DNA of 62,338 nt, counting the filler. It is 4 parts of 4 records of this genome, joined end to end, with 100 filler letters (N's around TTAATTAATTAA, not from the genome) between each part and the next. Parts side by side here need not be neighbours in the genome. Positions count along the whole stretch, not along the records: positions 32,009 to 37,711 come from SRR31156797_8108; positions 37,812 to 52,554 come from SRR31156797_8112; 2 more parts are not named here. The stretch is one strand, 5' to 3'. The position numbers and the translations under genes were made by a program. The notes under the pieces were generated by a model, which worked only from the letters and a program-made list of their open reading frames with translations, did not search any database and had not been told where the DNA came from. Each line of letters starts with the position of its first letter. The first letter of the stretch is position 1. Shown one piece after another: positions 35,341-44,210 of this stretch.

Positions 35341-36288
35341 TTATTTGTCCTGTACCTGAATATCAAATTTAATCGTGCCGGCATCCTGCCCAACAACCTC
35401 TGTTATCCTGAATATCCCGAATTTCGAATCCTGGGTTTTAAACGAAAAGGTCTTACCCGGCGCAAGGTTTTTTGCTTTTCGTTTTCCTTCTCCTTCCTGG
35501 TAGGAGGCTACCAGGATGCTATCGTTTTGGATGGCGTAAAACCCTTCCGGTTCAACATTAATTTCAATAAACCGGGTGGTGAGCCTGGTGGCCCAGTTTT
35601 GCAGATCTCCTTCAAATACGCCACTTTCAATATTGGCTCCCGGTGACGCTATCACGTTCTCGTCTTCTCCATAATAGTAGTAGAGCAGTTCAGTTTCATC
35701 CTGCAGTTGCAGTGCAGCGTTGAGGTCGTAAACTCCGGTTTCGAAGGAGAAAAAACTACCGGGGGTTCCCTGATTTTGAGCACTCATGATCACCGATTCG
35801 ATAAACCGTACAGGTCCGAAATCTGTAGTGGTATCCCGTGTAATTATTAGAGAAACGGAGTCTGCCAGCCTGTCTTTATCCCTGATTACAAATGTCCAGT
35901 ATTCCACATCCGCTGATGTTTTTGTGAACGATTTGCTGACCATAAAATCAGGGGTGTTCATGCTGGTATCAAGTACACGTTGTTGTATGAGCCCTGTGCC
36001 ATTTCTGAATGCAATCAGGTTGGTGAGATTATTACCCCCTTTATTGGCTTCTATCGTAAATTTCATCAGCTTGCCAAACCCTACTACAGTGTCATGGCTG
36101 ATGCTGCCTGGGGTGCTGATCAGGCTTATAGTTGGCTCTCCTGAAGATGTCTCATCTTTTTCGCATGCCAGGAATACAACTGTGGACATGATCATAACAA
36201 TAAACAGCGGAAAGGGGGCATGATTTTTTCGATATGCGCCATCAAACATATCGGTAATCCATTGATTTAATGTTTGCTTGATTCTCAT
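35341..36288 (-). CDS. Surface lipoprotein (Ig-like N-domain + HmuY/DUF4466-like C-domain)
   Basis: Lipobox FLAC followed by acidic EKDE (lipoprotein export signal-like); C-terminal SFFSF.TG, LLYYY, FSFKT.DSKFGIFRI pattern. The family assignment is tentative. Confidence 0.65.
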   Translation of the reverse strand: MRIKQTLNQWITDMFDGAYRKNHAPFPLFIVMIMSTVVFLACEKDETSSGEPTISLISTPGSISHDTVVGFGKLMKFTIEANKGGNNLTNLIAFRNGTGLIQQRVLDTSMNTPDFMVSKSFTKTSADVEYWTFVIRDKDRLADSVSLIITRDTTTDFGPVRFIESVIMSAQNQGTPGSFFSFETGVYDLNAALQLQDETELLYYYYGEDENVIASPGANIESGVFEGDLQNWATRLTTRFIEINVEPEGFYAIQNDSILVASYQEGEGKRKAKNLAPGKTFSFKTQDSKFGIFRITEVVGQDAGTIKFDIQVQDK

Positions 36289-36294
36289 TTTATT

Positions 36295-36882
36295 TTACCT
36301 GGAAAATTTAGAAAGGGTTTTTGTTATGATGTTCGAAATGCCGGTTCCAAGCAGGCCTCCTGCAAGTCCGAAACCAAACCATGTGAGGAATGGCAGGATG
36401 TAACCATGCTTGAGAAATGCACCATACTGATAGCCTGTTGAAACAGAAATCATCAACCTGCTGAATGGAATGGTGATATAAGCCATGCCTGCAATGCAAG
36501 CTAGGAATATTGCTTTTCTGCGGAGATTTCCGCCAAACTGATAAAGCACATCCAGCATGAGGCCGGGCAGCATATAATTAAATCCCATCATCGGATCTTT
36601 AAAACCAAAAACAGGGAATAGCATCAAAAAGCCAATGCCGAGTGAGGAAATTGTTGTGGCAAAACGCAGGTTTGAACTCATCCGGCCTATGAGCATCAGG
36701 CCCATAAACTCAAGGCCATGGTGTCCTGGAATATTTAGCGGGCTCCGAAACCTGGCATGCAACAGTATTGCGATGATGCCGATACCTGCCAGGAACAATA
36801 CTTCCAGTAATATTCCAAGATTCCGGCTATGAGTGAGATCGGATATACTCCTTACTTGCAACTTTCCAACTTGTTTTTCCAT
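36295..36882 (-). CDS. Small integral membrane protein, ECF S-component-like
   Basis: 195 aa with about 5-6 hydrophobic helices; PGHHG loop after TM1; PG...D in TM4; C-terminal FG..GG..G. Confidence 0.6.
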   Translation of the reverse strand: MEKQVGKLQVRSISDLTHSRNLGILLEVLFLAGIGIIAILLHARFRSPLNIPGHHGLEFMGLMLIGRMSSNLRFATTISSLGIGFLMLFPVFGFKDPMMGFNYMLPGLMLDVLYQFGGNLRRKAIFLACIAGMAYITIPFSRLMISVSTGYQYGAFLKHGYILPFLTWFGFGLAGGLLGTGISNIITKTLSKFSR

Positions 36883-37576
36883 CTTCGTTAAAAAATTTTT
36901 CTACAATCAGGGTTACTTTTTGATGTTTTAAAACAGGCCTGAACCATTCGTGGATATAAATTTTTCCGTTGCCCAGGAAATGTTTTTCCAGTCTGATTAA
37001 AATTTGCTCGATACCAAATTCTTCTCTCAGCTGGCTGGGTGTATAATACCCGGGTTTAAGGTCGCGCAATTCTTTTTTCTGTTTGAGCCAGATAAACCTG
37101 CCATCACTACCATACTTACGTAGCCCGACAGCAGCCAGTGCCCCAATGATCCCTGCATGATCCCCGGTTAATCCTTCCAGGTAAATGCTGTTGAATTTGC
37201 CTGCAATTTCCAGTGCTTCCTCTTGGGTCAGTAATTCATATTTGGCCCTGTTTCCCCATCTGGTAACCAGTTTGGGGATGTCATCGTTATTTGCGATACA
37301 AAGCCCCACATCCGAACCTTCAGGTGCAATTTCCAAGAGAAAATTCCTGCAAAACCTATTTAGGTTTTCAAGATTATCTGTTTCGATTAGCAGGCATGCC
37401 GAACTGTTTTGTGAGGTGTAACGAATGGCGGGGTGCACATAATTCTGGTGGCGCGTGATACCATGCACCGTTCCGATGCTGGCATCTTCCAGCTTCAGCG
37501 CCAGCTGCCGCGCATGGAAGCCTGTTCCGCGTGATTCGGTGGTATCGGTATCGTCTATGCCTACCAGGTATTTCAT
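36827..37576 (-). CDS. Stand-alone TiaS (tRNA-Ile2 agmatinylcytidine synthetase) N-terminal-domain-like protein
   Basis: VGIDDTD, HPAIRYTSQNSSAC (cf. NP.IP.KTRGN), SDVGL, G..AK...T.EEA and GIIGALAAVG match the TiaS/Mmp11 catalytic core. It is only 249 aa and has no CxxC Zn-ribbon. Confidence 0.7.
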   Translation of the reverse strand: MKYLVGIDDTDTTESRGTGFHARQLALKLEDASIGTVHGITRHQNYVHPAIRYTSQNSSACLLIETDNLENLNRFCRNFLLEIAPEGSDVGLCIANNDDIPKLVTRWGNRAKYELLTQEEALEIAGKFNSIYLEGLTGDHAGIIGALAAVGLRKYGSDGRFIWLKQKKELRDLKPGYYTPSQLREEFGIEQILIRLEKHFLGNGKIYIHEWFRPVLKHQKVTLIVEKFFNEDGKTSWKVASKEYIRSHS

Positions 37577-37594
37577 TCAAAATTTTTGAGTGGG

Positions 37595-37602
37595 CAAAGC
37601 TA
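37595..37602 (-). promoter_or_regulatory. Bacteroidota -7 promoter element of the 5-gene operon
   Basis: The minus strand reads TAGCTTTG (TAnnTTTG) 18 nt upstream of ATG 37576. Confidence 0.65.
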
Positions 37603-37711
37603 AATCATTTTTTTATGAAAGCAGAAAGGGAGTGAGATTTTGTGAAAGAAGTGAGCAATGCAATAAGTTACATCTGTATTTTAACCCGCCAGCCCTTCAA
37701 CCCGCTTTTTA

Positions 37712-37811
37712 NNNNNNNNNNNNNNNNNNNNNNNNNNNNNNNNNNNNNNNNNNNNTTAATTAATTAANNNNNNNNNNNNNNNNNNNNNNNNNNNNNNNNN
37801 NNNNNNNNNNN
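37712..37811. other. Artificial contig-joining spacer
   Basis: N44-TTAATTAATTAA-N44. Confidence 0.98.
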
Positions 37812-37890
37812 AGAGAACGAAGAGACTAGGAGACTGGGAGAGCGAAGAGAACTAAGAGAAAGAAGACAAGAAACAGAAGAAAGAAAAAAG
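37812..37890. repeat. Purine-rich short degenerate tandem repeats at the contig start
   Basis: AGAGAACGA AGAGACTAG GAGACTGG GAGAGCGA AGAGAACTA AGAGAAAGA AGACAAG. Confidence 0.5.
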
Positions 37891-37978
37891 TTGAAAGATA
37901 ACAGGAACTTTAGTAAAAAGAAGTTGGATTTAGGGCAATAGTTTTACTATTATTGAGCAAATATAAAAAGGAGATTAC

Positions 37979-39172
37979 GTGAAGGATATTTTAGATCAAA
38001 AAAGAGATGCAGAAACCACAGTATTAGTAGGTATAGTATCACAGCATCAAACAGAAGAACAAACCAAAGAGTATTTGGATGAACTGGCATTTTTGGCAGA
38101 AACAGCAGGTGTGGAAGTAAAAAAAACATTCACTCAAAAGCTTGACACACCTAATCCAAAAACATTCATTGGTACAGGAAAACTCAACGAAATCCAAGAA
38201 TACATGGAAGAGCATGAGATCGAAATGATTATTTTTGACGACGAACTCTCTCCTTCCCAAATAAGAAATATTGAAAAAGTAATAAAAGGCAGGGCTATTG
38301 ATCGTACAAATCTCATTCTAGATATTTTTGCCCAGCGAGCCCAAACAGCACATGCGAAAGTTCAAGTTGAACTTGCTCAATATCAGTATTTATTACCACG
38401 ACTGGCTGGACTATGGACTCACCTTGAGCGTCAAAAAGGAGGTATTGGATTGAGAGGACCCGGTGAAACAGAAATTGAAACTGACCGTCGTATAATTCGG
38501 GATAAAATAGCAAGACTAAAAGGTCAATTATCTAAAATTGACCAACAAATGGCTACTCAAAGAAAAAACAGAGGAAAAATGGTGCGTGTAGCGCTTGTCG
38601 GATATACAAACGTAGGCAAATCTACCTTAATGAACCTATTAAGTAAATCAGAAGTATTTGCAGAGAATAAGCTATTCGCGACACTAGACACTACAGTTAG
38701 AAAAGTTGTTATAGAAAACCTTCCATTTTTAATGTCAGATACTGTTGGATTTATTCGTAAACTTCCTACAACCCTTGTTGAAGCATTTAAATCAACATTG
38801 GACGAAGTACGTGAAGCAGATATTTTATTGCACGTTGTAGATATCTCCCATCCAAACCACGAAGAACAACTTGATGTTGTCGAAACGACATTAAATGAAA
38901 TTGGATGCACGAACACGCCTAAATATCTTGTATTTAATAAAATAGACCAATACACATACATAGAAAAAGAGGAAGATGACCTTACGGAAAAAACAAAAGA
39001 AAACTGGTCTTTAGAAGACCTAAAAAAGAGCCATATGGCTAAAAGCAATGACTCATGCATATTCATCTCGGCCAAGAAAAAACAAAACATTGAAAACTTA
39101 AAGTCAATGCTTTATAAAAAAGTAAAAGATATTCATCAGAAAAGATATCCTTATAACGACTTCTTATATTAA
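37979..39172 (+). CDS. hflX: Ribosome-splitting GTPase HflX
   Basis: LILDIFAQRA, GLRGPGETEIETDRR, G1 GYTNVGKS, LFATLD, G3 DTVG, G4 NKID. Confidence 0.97.
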   Translation: MKDILDQKRDAETTVLVGIVSQHQTEEQTKEYLDELAFLAETAGVEVKKTFTQKLDTPNPKTFIGTGKLNEIQEYMEEHEIEMIIFDDELSPSQIRNIEKVIKGRAIDRTNLILDIFAQRAQTAHAKVQVELAQYQYLLPRLAGLWTHLERQKGGIGLRGPGETEIETDRRIIRDKIARLKGQLSKIDQQMATQRKNRGKMVRVALVGYTNVGKSTLMNLLSKSEVFAENKLFATLDTTVRKVVIENLPFLMSDTVGFIRKLPTTLVEAFKSTLDEVREADILLHVVDISHPNHEEQLDVVETTLNEIGCTNTPKYLVFNKIDQYTYIEKEEDDLTEKTKENWSLEDLKKSHMAKSNDSCIFISAKKKQNIENLKSMLYKKVKDIHQKRYPYNDFLY

Positions 39173-39253
39173 AATCTAATTATTCTTCAAATAACTTAAA
39201 GTTTTATTTTCAGATTAAAATAAAGTAAAACCATAAGTTTGATTAATTAATAT

Positions 39254-39541
39254 AATCTGTCTCATTAATTATTATCAGATTCTTGTATCATACTTATAAT
39301 ATTTCAAGACGCTGATAACGCTGATTATTTCTGATTTTATTTAATAAGATTATTGAAAAAACAGTTTTAAAAGGAGTAAAATCTTAAAACCATTAGCAGT
39401 TTTTATCAGTCCGATCTGCGTCATTAAAAATAATCAGATTCTTGAATCATGCTTGTAATATTTCAAGACGCTGATTACACTGATAAATCTTAAAAAACAT
39501 TATCCTTAACATTTTTTATTAGTCTAATCTGTGTCTCATTA
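39254..39541. repeat. Degenerate direct repeats (159-nt period) with palindromic GACGCTGAT/ATCTGCGTC arms downstream of the GxxExxY gene
   Basis: ATCAGATTCTTG.ATCAT.CTT.TAATATTTCAAGACGCTGAT.AC.CTGAT at 39274-39325 and 39433-39484; ATCTG..TCATTA occurs three times. Confidence 0.75.
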
Positions 39542-39595
39542 TCTTAAGAAGCAATAATTTCAAAATGATATAAGAATACATTTAATTCAAGAAAT

Positions 39596-39976
39596 TTATT
39601 TATAATCAGTTGTCAATACTTTTCTATAATGCTGTGGTTCATGCCCAAAATTAAGCAACAAACCAACTTCAATTCCAGTAGCTTTAAGATAGTTAACTAA
39701 TTGAACCTCATGTATCATAAGTACTTCGGAAACTGCTTTAAGCTCAACAATCACTTTGTTTTCAATTACTATATCTGCATAATAATCTCCAATTATTTTG
39801 TCTCTATAAGTGACCTTTATAGGCATTTGCTGATTGCAACTTAAACCAAATTCCTTTAGTTCAATCATCATTGCATTTTCGTAGACTTTTTCCATAAAGC
39901 CATAGCCTAACTTATTATAAACATTGTAATATGCTTTAATTATTTGATGTGTTAAATTACTGTGCTTGTATTTCAT
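39596..39976 (-). CDS. GxxExxY protein (PD-(D/E)XK nuclease superfamily)
   Basis: LGYGFMEKVYEN, ADIVIENKVIVELK, HEVQLVNYLKATG...GLLLNFG. Confidence 0.93.
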   Translation of the reverse strand: MKYKHSNLTHQIIKAYYNVYNKLGYGFMEKVYENAMMIELKEFGLSCNQQMPIKVTYRDKIIGDYYADIVIENKVIVELKAVSEVLMIHEVQLVNYLKATGIEVGLLLNFGHEPQHYRKVLTTDYK

Positions 39977-39991
39977 GATATTTGTTTAATG

Positions 39992-39999
39992 CAAAAATA
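39992..39999 (-). promoter_or_regulatory. Bacteroidota -7 element for the GxxExxY gene
   Basis: The minus strand reads TATTTTTG 15 nt upstream of the ATG. Confidence 0.5.
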
Positions 40000-40224
40000 G
40001 TTGAAATCAACTACTAAGTATTATTATGTTTAAAATAAATGCTATATCTATCAATTGAATAAACTCAATTATTTTCAATAAATTCAAAGTATTGAAAATG
40101 TACAATCAGGTATTTTAACCCTATGAAATACCCCATTATATGTAGAAATTAGCAGCAAAAATCAATTGATAAATAATAGTTATTTGTCTATTTTTACTTT
40201 ATGAACTTAATTAAAACTCATACT

Positions 40225-41463
40225 ATGAACTGGAAAATTTTACTTACAGTAATCCTTTTTGTTAGCAGCGTAAATATTTTTGCTCAGGATGCAAAACCTG
40301 AAAAACCAACTGCCAAACTATATGGTTATCTGAGCTGGGAGAGCATTTTCGATTCTCACGAATCATTAACAACCAGAGATGGTGAACTTTATCTTTATCC
40401 ACTGGCACCAAGTAAAGATGCTGATGGTAATAGTTTAAATGAGAATGCGCAGTTAGAGATGCTATCACTGCAAACTCGCGTGGGTGTAAAACTTGATGGT
40501 GGAACAGTTTTAGGTGCAAAGCTAACGGGTACTATTGAAACAGACTTTTTTGCAACTGGAGAAGCATATAAGAGACACATCAGAATGCGTCATGCCTTCA
40601 TGAAATTAAAGTGGGAAAATTCATCTCTACTAATGGGACAATACTGGCATCCAATGTTTGGACCTGATGTGTTTCCTAAAGTAATCCAATTTGGGGCTTC
40701 AGTTATCTACAATCCATTAAATAGGGCCCCACAAATTAGATACGACTATTATGTATCAGATGACTTTAGAATTACAGCAGCAGCATTAGCTCATGGATAC
40801 CATTCATCAGTTGGTCCTGAAGATGCACAAAGAAATGCCGCAGTGCCAGATATGCAATTACAATTAACTTACGGCAATAAAGACTCATTTTTAACTGGAA
40901 TTACAGCAGGATACCTGATTCTTGAGCCACGTGAAACTACTCCTAATGGCATTAACGAAGAAACTATTAGTTCAATCAACCTACAATGGTTTGGAATGGC
41001 TAAAGCCGGACCATTAACCATTAACGCTAAAGCATCTTATGGAACAAACATGAGTCAATACGTAATGCTAGGAGGTTACGGAAGATTGCTTGAAGATGCT
41101 GGTGATGATAATGATTTTGGCTATACACCCTATAAAATTTATTCAGTTTATGCAGATTTTGGATATAAGCTCGATGACAATATGCAGGTTGGTTTATTTG
41201 GAGGATTTACAGGAAACCTTGGAACGGTTGATAAAGTAGACCTTACTAATGTTACCGCAAGAGGAGGAAGTATCATGAGTATTTATCGCATTTCGCCAAG
41301 AATTACCTATTCAACCGGTCCACTTAGATTTGGTTTAGAATACGCATATAATTCTGCCGCATATGGAGACAATACTGGTAATATAGATGAATATGGCGTT
41401 TATGATAAAACAGAGAACTCAATCAACCACAGAATTATTTTAGGAGCTAAGTTCACATTCTAA
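40225..41463 (+). CDS. DcaP-like outer-membrane porin
   Basis: Signal peptide; KLYGY, TRVG, IETDF, RMRHAF, LLMGQYW, RAPQIRY, PD; C-terminal Phe. ATG 40201 is an alternative start. Confidence 0.75.
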   Translation: MNWKILLTVILFVSSVNIFAQDAKPEKPTAKLYGYLSWESIFDSHESLTTRDGELYLYPLAPSKDADGNSLNENAQLEMLSLQTRVGVKLDGGTVLGAKLTGTIETDFFATGEAYKRHIRMRHAFMKLKWENSSLLMGQYWHPMFGPDVFPKVIQFGASVIYNPLNRAPQIRYDYYVSDDFRITAAALAHGYHSSVGPEDAQRNAAVPDMQLQLTYGNKDSFLTGITAGYLILEPRETTPNGINEETISSINLQWFGMAKAGPLTINAKASYGTNMSQYVMLGGYGRLLEDAGDDNDFGYTPYKIYSVYADFGYKLDDNMQVGLFGGFTGNLGTVDKVDLTNVTARGGSIMSIYRISPRITYSTGPLRFGLEYAYNSAAYGDNTGNIDEYGVYDKTENSINHRIILGAKFTF

Positions 41464-41478
41464 AATTTTAAACAATAC

Positions 41479-43035
41479 ATGAATAAAATAACCAATAAAA
41501 TAATATTACTCGCATTAGCTAGTGCCTTATTTGTGGCACTTGTTGCTGGATTGATCATCGGAATTATTTCATCCAACAAAAATGAACAGGATTTAGCGCA
41601 ACTCAGGGAATTACTTTATGAGGATTACGACAACCTCATAAAATCTGAGGTTGAAACAGCAATCACAATGTTGGAGCAAATCAACATCCAGGCAAATCAA
41701 GGGCTAATTCCTCAAGAAGAAGTGGAAACAATTGCTGCTAATATCCTGCGTGACATGAGGTATGGCGATGGTGGATATTTTTGGGCTGATAAGTCCGATG
41801 GAACTAATGTGGTTCTTCTTGGAAATAACTCAGAAGGAAAAAACAGGCTTAACCTTCAAGATGTAAATGGGAAATATTTAATTAAGGATATTATATCTGC
41901 AGCCAAGTCTGGAGGCGGATATACTGACTATTGGTTTCCCAAAGCTGGTTCTAACGAACCTCTTCCTAAAAGAGGTTATAGTATGTATTTCGCTCCTTAT
42001 GATTGGATTATAGGAACTGGAAACTACATTGACGACATTGAAAACACATTATCAGAATATGTAGAGGCGAACAAAGCGTCATACCGTAAATTGATGACAT
42101 GGTTGGTTTCGACACTGATTATTTTATTAGTGATTACATTTGGTGCTGCATTCTACCTTGGAAGGAAACTGGCCGGACCTATTGTTGAAATTTCTAAGTC
42201 AGCAGATAAAATTGCCGACGGAGCATTATATGTTGAGTTTGACTTCAATAACAATGATGAAGTTGGCAAATTAGCTGAAAGCATGGGCAAAATGATTGCA
42301 CAGCTGCGAACAATTGTTAAATCAATTAATGGTGGAGCCAATGAGATTTCTGCAGCCAGTGACCAGATCAGCTCCGGATCACAAACTATAGCTCAGGGAG
42401 CCAATGAGCAAGCCAGCTCAATTGAAGAAATTTCTTCAACCATTGAGCAGGTGACAGCCAATATTCAGCAAAATGCCAACCATGCTGCTGAAACTGAGAA
42501 GATTTCTACAAAATCTAATCAGAGCATGCATGAAATGGCCGACATAAGCAAGAAAAGCTTAGAATCAATCAAAAAAATTGCTGAAAAAATCAATGTGATC
42601 AATGATATCGCTGCTCAAACCAATATTTTGGCATTAAACGCAGCTGTTGAAGCAGCACGGGCAGGTGAACACGGTAAAGGTTTTGCAGTTGTAGCCAATG
42701 AAGTACGTAAGCTAGCTGAAAATAGCAAAGCTTCAGCTGATGAAATCATTGCGCTATCAAATGAAAGTTTAAGTTTTACGGAATCATCTGAGAAATCATT
42801 GAATGAATTAATGCCGGAATTTCAGAAAACAACTGAATTAGTTAAAGAAATTTCAGCAGCCACTGAAGAGCAATTCAGAGGAATTGAACAAGTAAACAAT
42901 GCAGTGCAACAATTAAATAACGTTGCACAAGGCAATGCAAGTTCAAGTGAGCAACTATCAAGTAGTGCTGAAGAATTAGCTTCTCAAGCTGAGCAATTAA
43001 TCGAAATGATAAGTTTCTTTAAAGAAAAAAAATAG
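41479..43035 (+). CDS. Methyl-accepting chemotaxis protein (TM-single Cache 2-TM-HAMP-MA)
   Basis: RYGDGGYFW...D.NGKY...GGY.DY.FPK...PK..Y...F.PYDW.IGTG.Y (sCache_2); HAMP DEVGKLA; signalling hairpin [38 protein letters not shown]. Confidence 0.95.
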   Translation: MNKITNKIILLALASALFVALVAGLIIGIISSNKNEQDLAQLRELLYEDYDNLIKSEVETAITMLEQINIQANQGLIPQEEVETIAANILRDMRYGDGGYFWADKSDGTNVVLLGNNSEGKNRLNLQDVNGKYLIKDIISAAKSGGGYTDYWFPKAGSNEPLPKRGYSMYFAPYDWIIGTGNYIDDIENTLSEYVEANKASYRKLMTWLVSTLIILLVITFGAAFYLGRKLAGPIVEISKSADKIADGALYVEFDFNNNDEVGKLAESMGKMIAQLRTIVKSINGGANEISAASDQISSGSQTIAQGANEQASSIEEISSTIEQVTANIQQNANHAAETEKISTKSNQSMHEMADISKKSLESIKKIAEKINVINDIAAQTNILALNAAVEAARAGEHGKGFAVVANEVRKLAENSKASADEIIALSNESLSFTESSEKSLNELMPEFQKTTELVKEISAATEEQFRGIEQVNNAVQQLNNVAQGNASSSEQLSSSAEELASQAEQLIEMISFFKEKK

Positions 43036-43050
43036 TATATATTTTGAATT

Positions 43051-43082
43051 AAAAAATGCCGCTCAATTGGGTGGCATTTTTT
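43051..43082. terminator. Bidirectional intrinsic terminator between the MCP gene and asd
   Basis: AAAAAATGCCGCTC-AATT-GGGTGGCATTTTTT. Confidence 0.8.
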
Positions 43083-44072
43083 TTACATAAAATTCTTCCG
43101 TATATAGTCAGCTATTTGAACCGCATTTGTAGCTGCGCCTTTCCTCAAATTATCAGCCACAATCCACATATTCAGAGTATTGGGCCATGACTCATCTCTA
43201 CGCAAACGGCCAACAAAAACCTCATTTCGATCAGCACTAACTAAAGGCATTGGATAAATAGCATTTGATGGGTCATCATATACAATAACACCTTCAGTTT
43301 TATCTAATAGCTGCCGTACCTCTGCCAAATTATAATCTTTTTCGAAAGTCACATTCACTGACTCACCATGCCCACCGGTTACGGGGATACGTACCGCAGT
43401 TGCTGTAATACCAATCTCTGGATCAGATAAAATCTTGCGCGTTTCATTTACTAATTTCATCTCCTCTTTGGTATAGCCGTTATCCATAAACACATCACAA
43501 TGTGGAAGGCAATTTTTATCTATTGGGTGTGGGTAAACCATTGGGATTTCAGCATCTCCCCTTCTCTCAGCTTCCATTTGATCAACCGCTTCTTTTCCGG
43601 TCCCGGTTATAGACTGATAAGTTGAAATAACCAATCTTTTCATTTTATACTTCTCATGGAGCGGGGCCAATGCCACAACCATCTGAATTGTACTGCAATT
43701 CGGATTAGCTATAATCATATCATTTGCCTCCAAAACAGATGCATTTACTTCCGGCACAACTAACTTTGTATCAGGATCCATGCGCCAGGCACTACTATTA
43801 TCAATTACTCTGCAGCCAACTTCTGCGAATTTTGGAGCCCACTCTTTAGAAACAGTACCTCCAGCCGAAAAAATCGCAATGTCTGGTTTTAGGCTAACAG
43901 CCTGCGCTGCTTCAACTATGATATACTTTTGACCTCTAAATTCAATAGCTTTCCCAGCAGAACGAGCTGATGCCACAGGAACTAGTTCATCAACGGGGAA
44001 ATTAAATTCATCCAGAATTTCAAGCATCTTTCGGCCTACCAGACCTGTAACCCCTACAATTGCTAATCTCAT
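43083..44072 (-). CDS. asd: Aspartate-semialdehyde dehydrogenase
   Basis: GVTGLVG, DNSSAWRM, IIANPNCSTIQ (catalytic Cys), GHGE, DNLRKGAATNAVQ. Confidence 0.97.
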   Translation of the reverse strand: MRLAIVGVTGLVGRKMLEILDEFNFPVDELVPVASARSAGKAIEFRGQKYIIVEAAQAVSLKPDIAIFSAGGTVSKEWAPKFAEVGCRVIDNSSAWRMDPDTKLVVPEVNASVLEANDMIIANPNCSTIQMVVALAPLHEKYKMKRLVISTYQSITGTGKEAVDQMEAERRGDAEIPMVYPHPIDKNCLPHCDVFMDNGYTKEEMKLVNETRKILSDPEIGITATAVRIPVTGGHGESVNVTFEKDYNLAEVRQLLDKTEGVIVYDDPSNAIYPMPLVSADRNEVFVGRLRRDESWPNTLNMWIVADNLRKGAATNAVQIADYIRKNFM

Positions 44073-44210
44073 AAGATTAAGTTAAGTTTGGAAAAAGATT
44101 TAAAATATAAATGATACTGCTTATATTGTAAGCCTACACATTTATTTGTATTTTTCCTTTTATTTTATTCAAAGAAAAACGTACCATAGCGATACACAAA
44201 AATAAGAAAG

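Noticed and set aside
36827-37576. Calling this gene tiaS
   Set aside because: It is too short and lacks the tRNA-binding OB/Zn-ribbon domains; bacteria use TilS for this modification.
37577-37711. Cobalamin or TPP riboswitch ahead of the TonB operon
   Set aside because: The -7 element is only 18 nt from the ATG, leaving no leader, and no conserved riboswitch boxes were seen.
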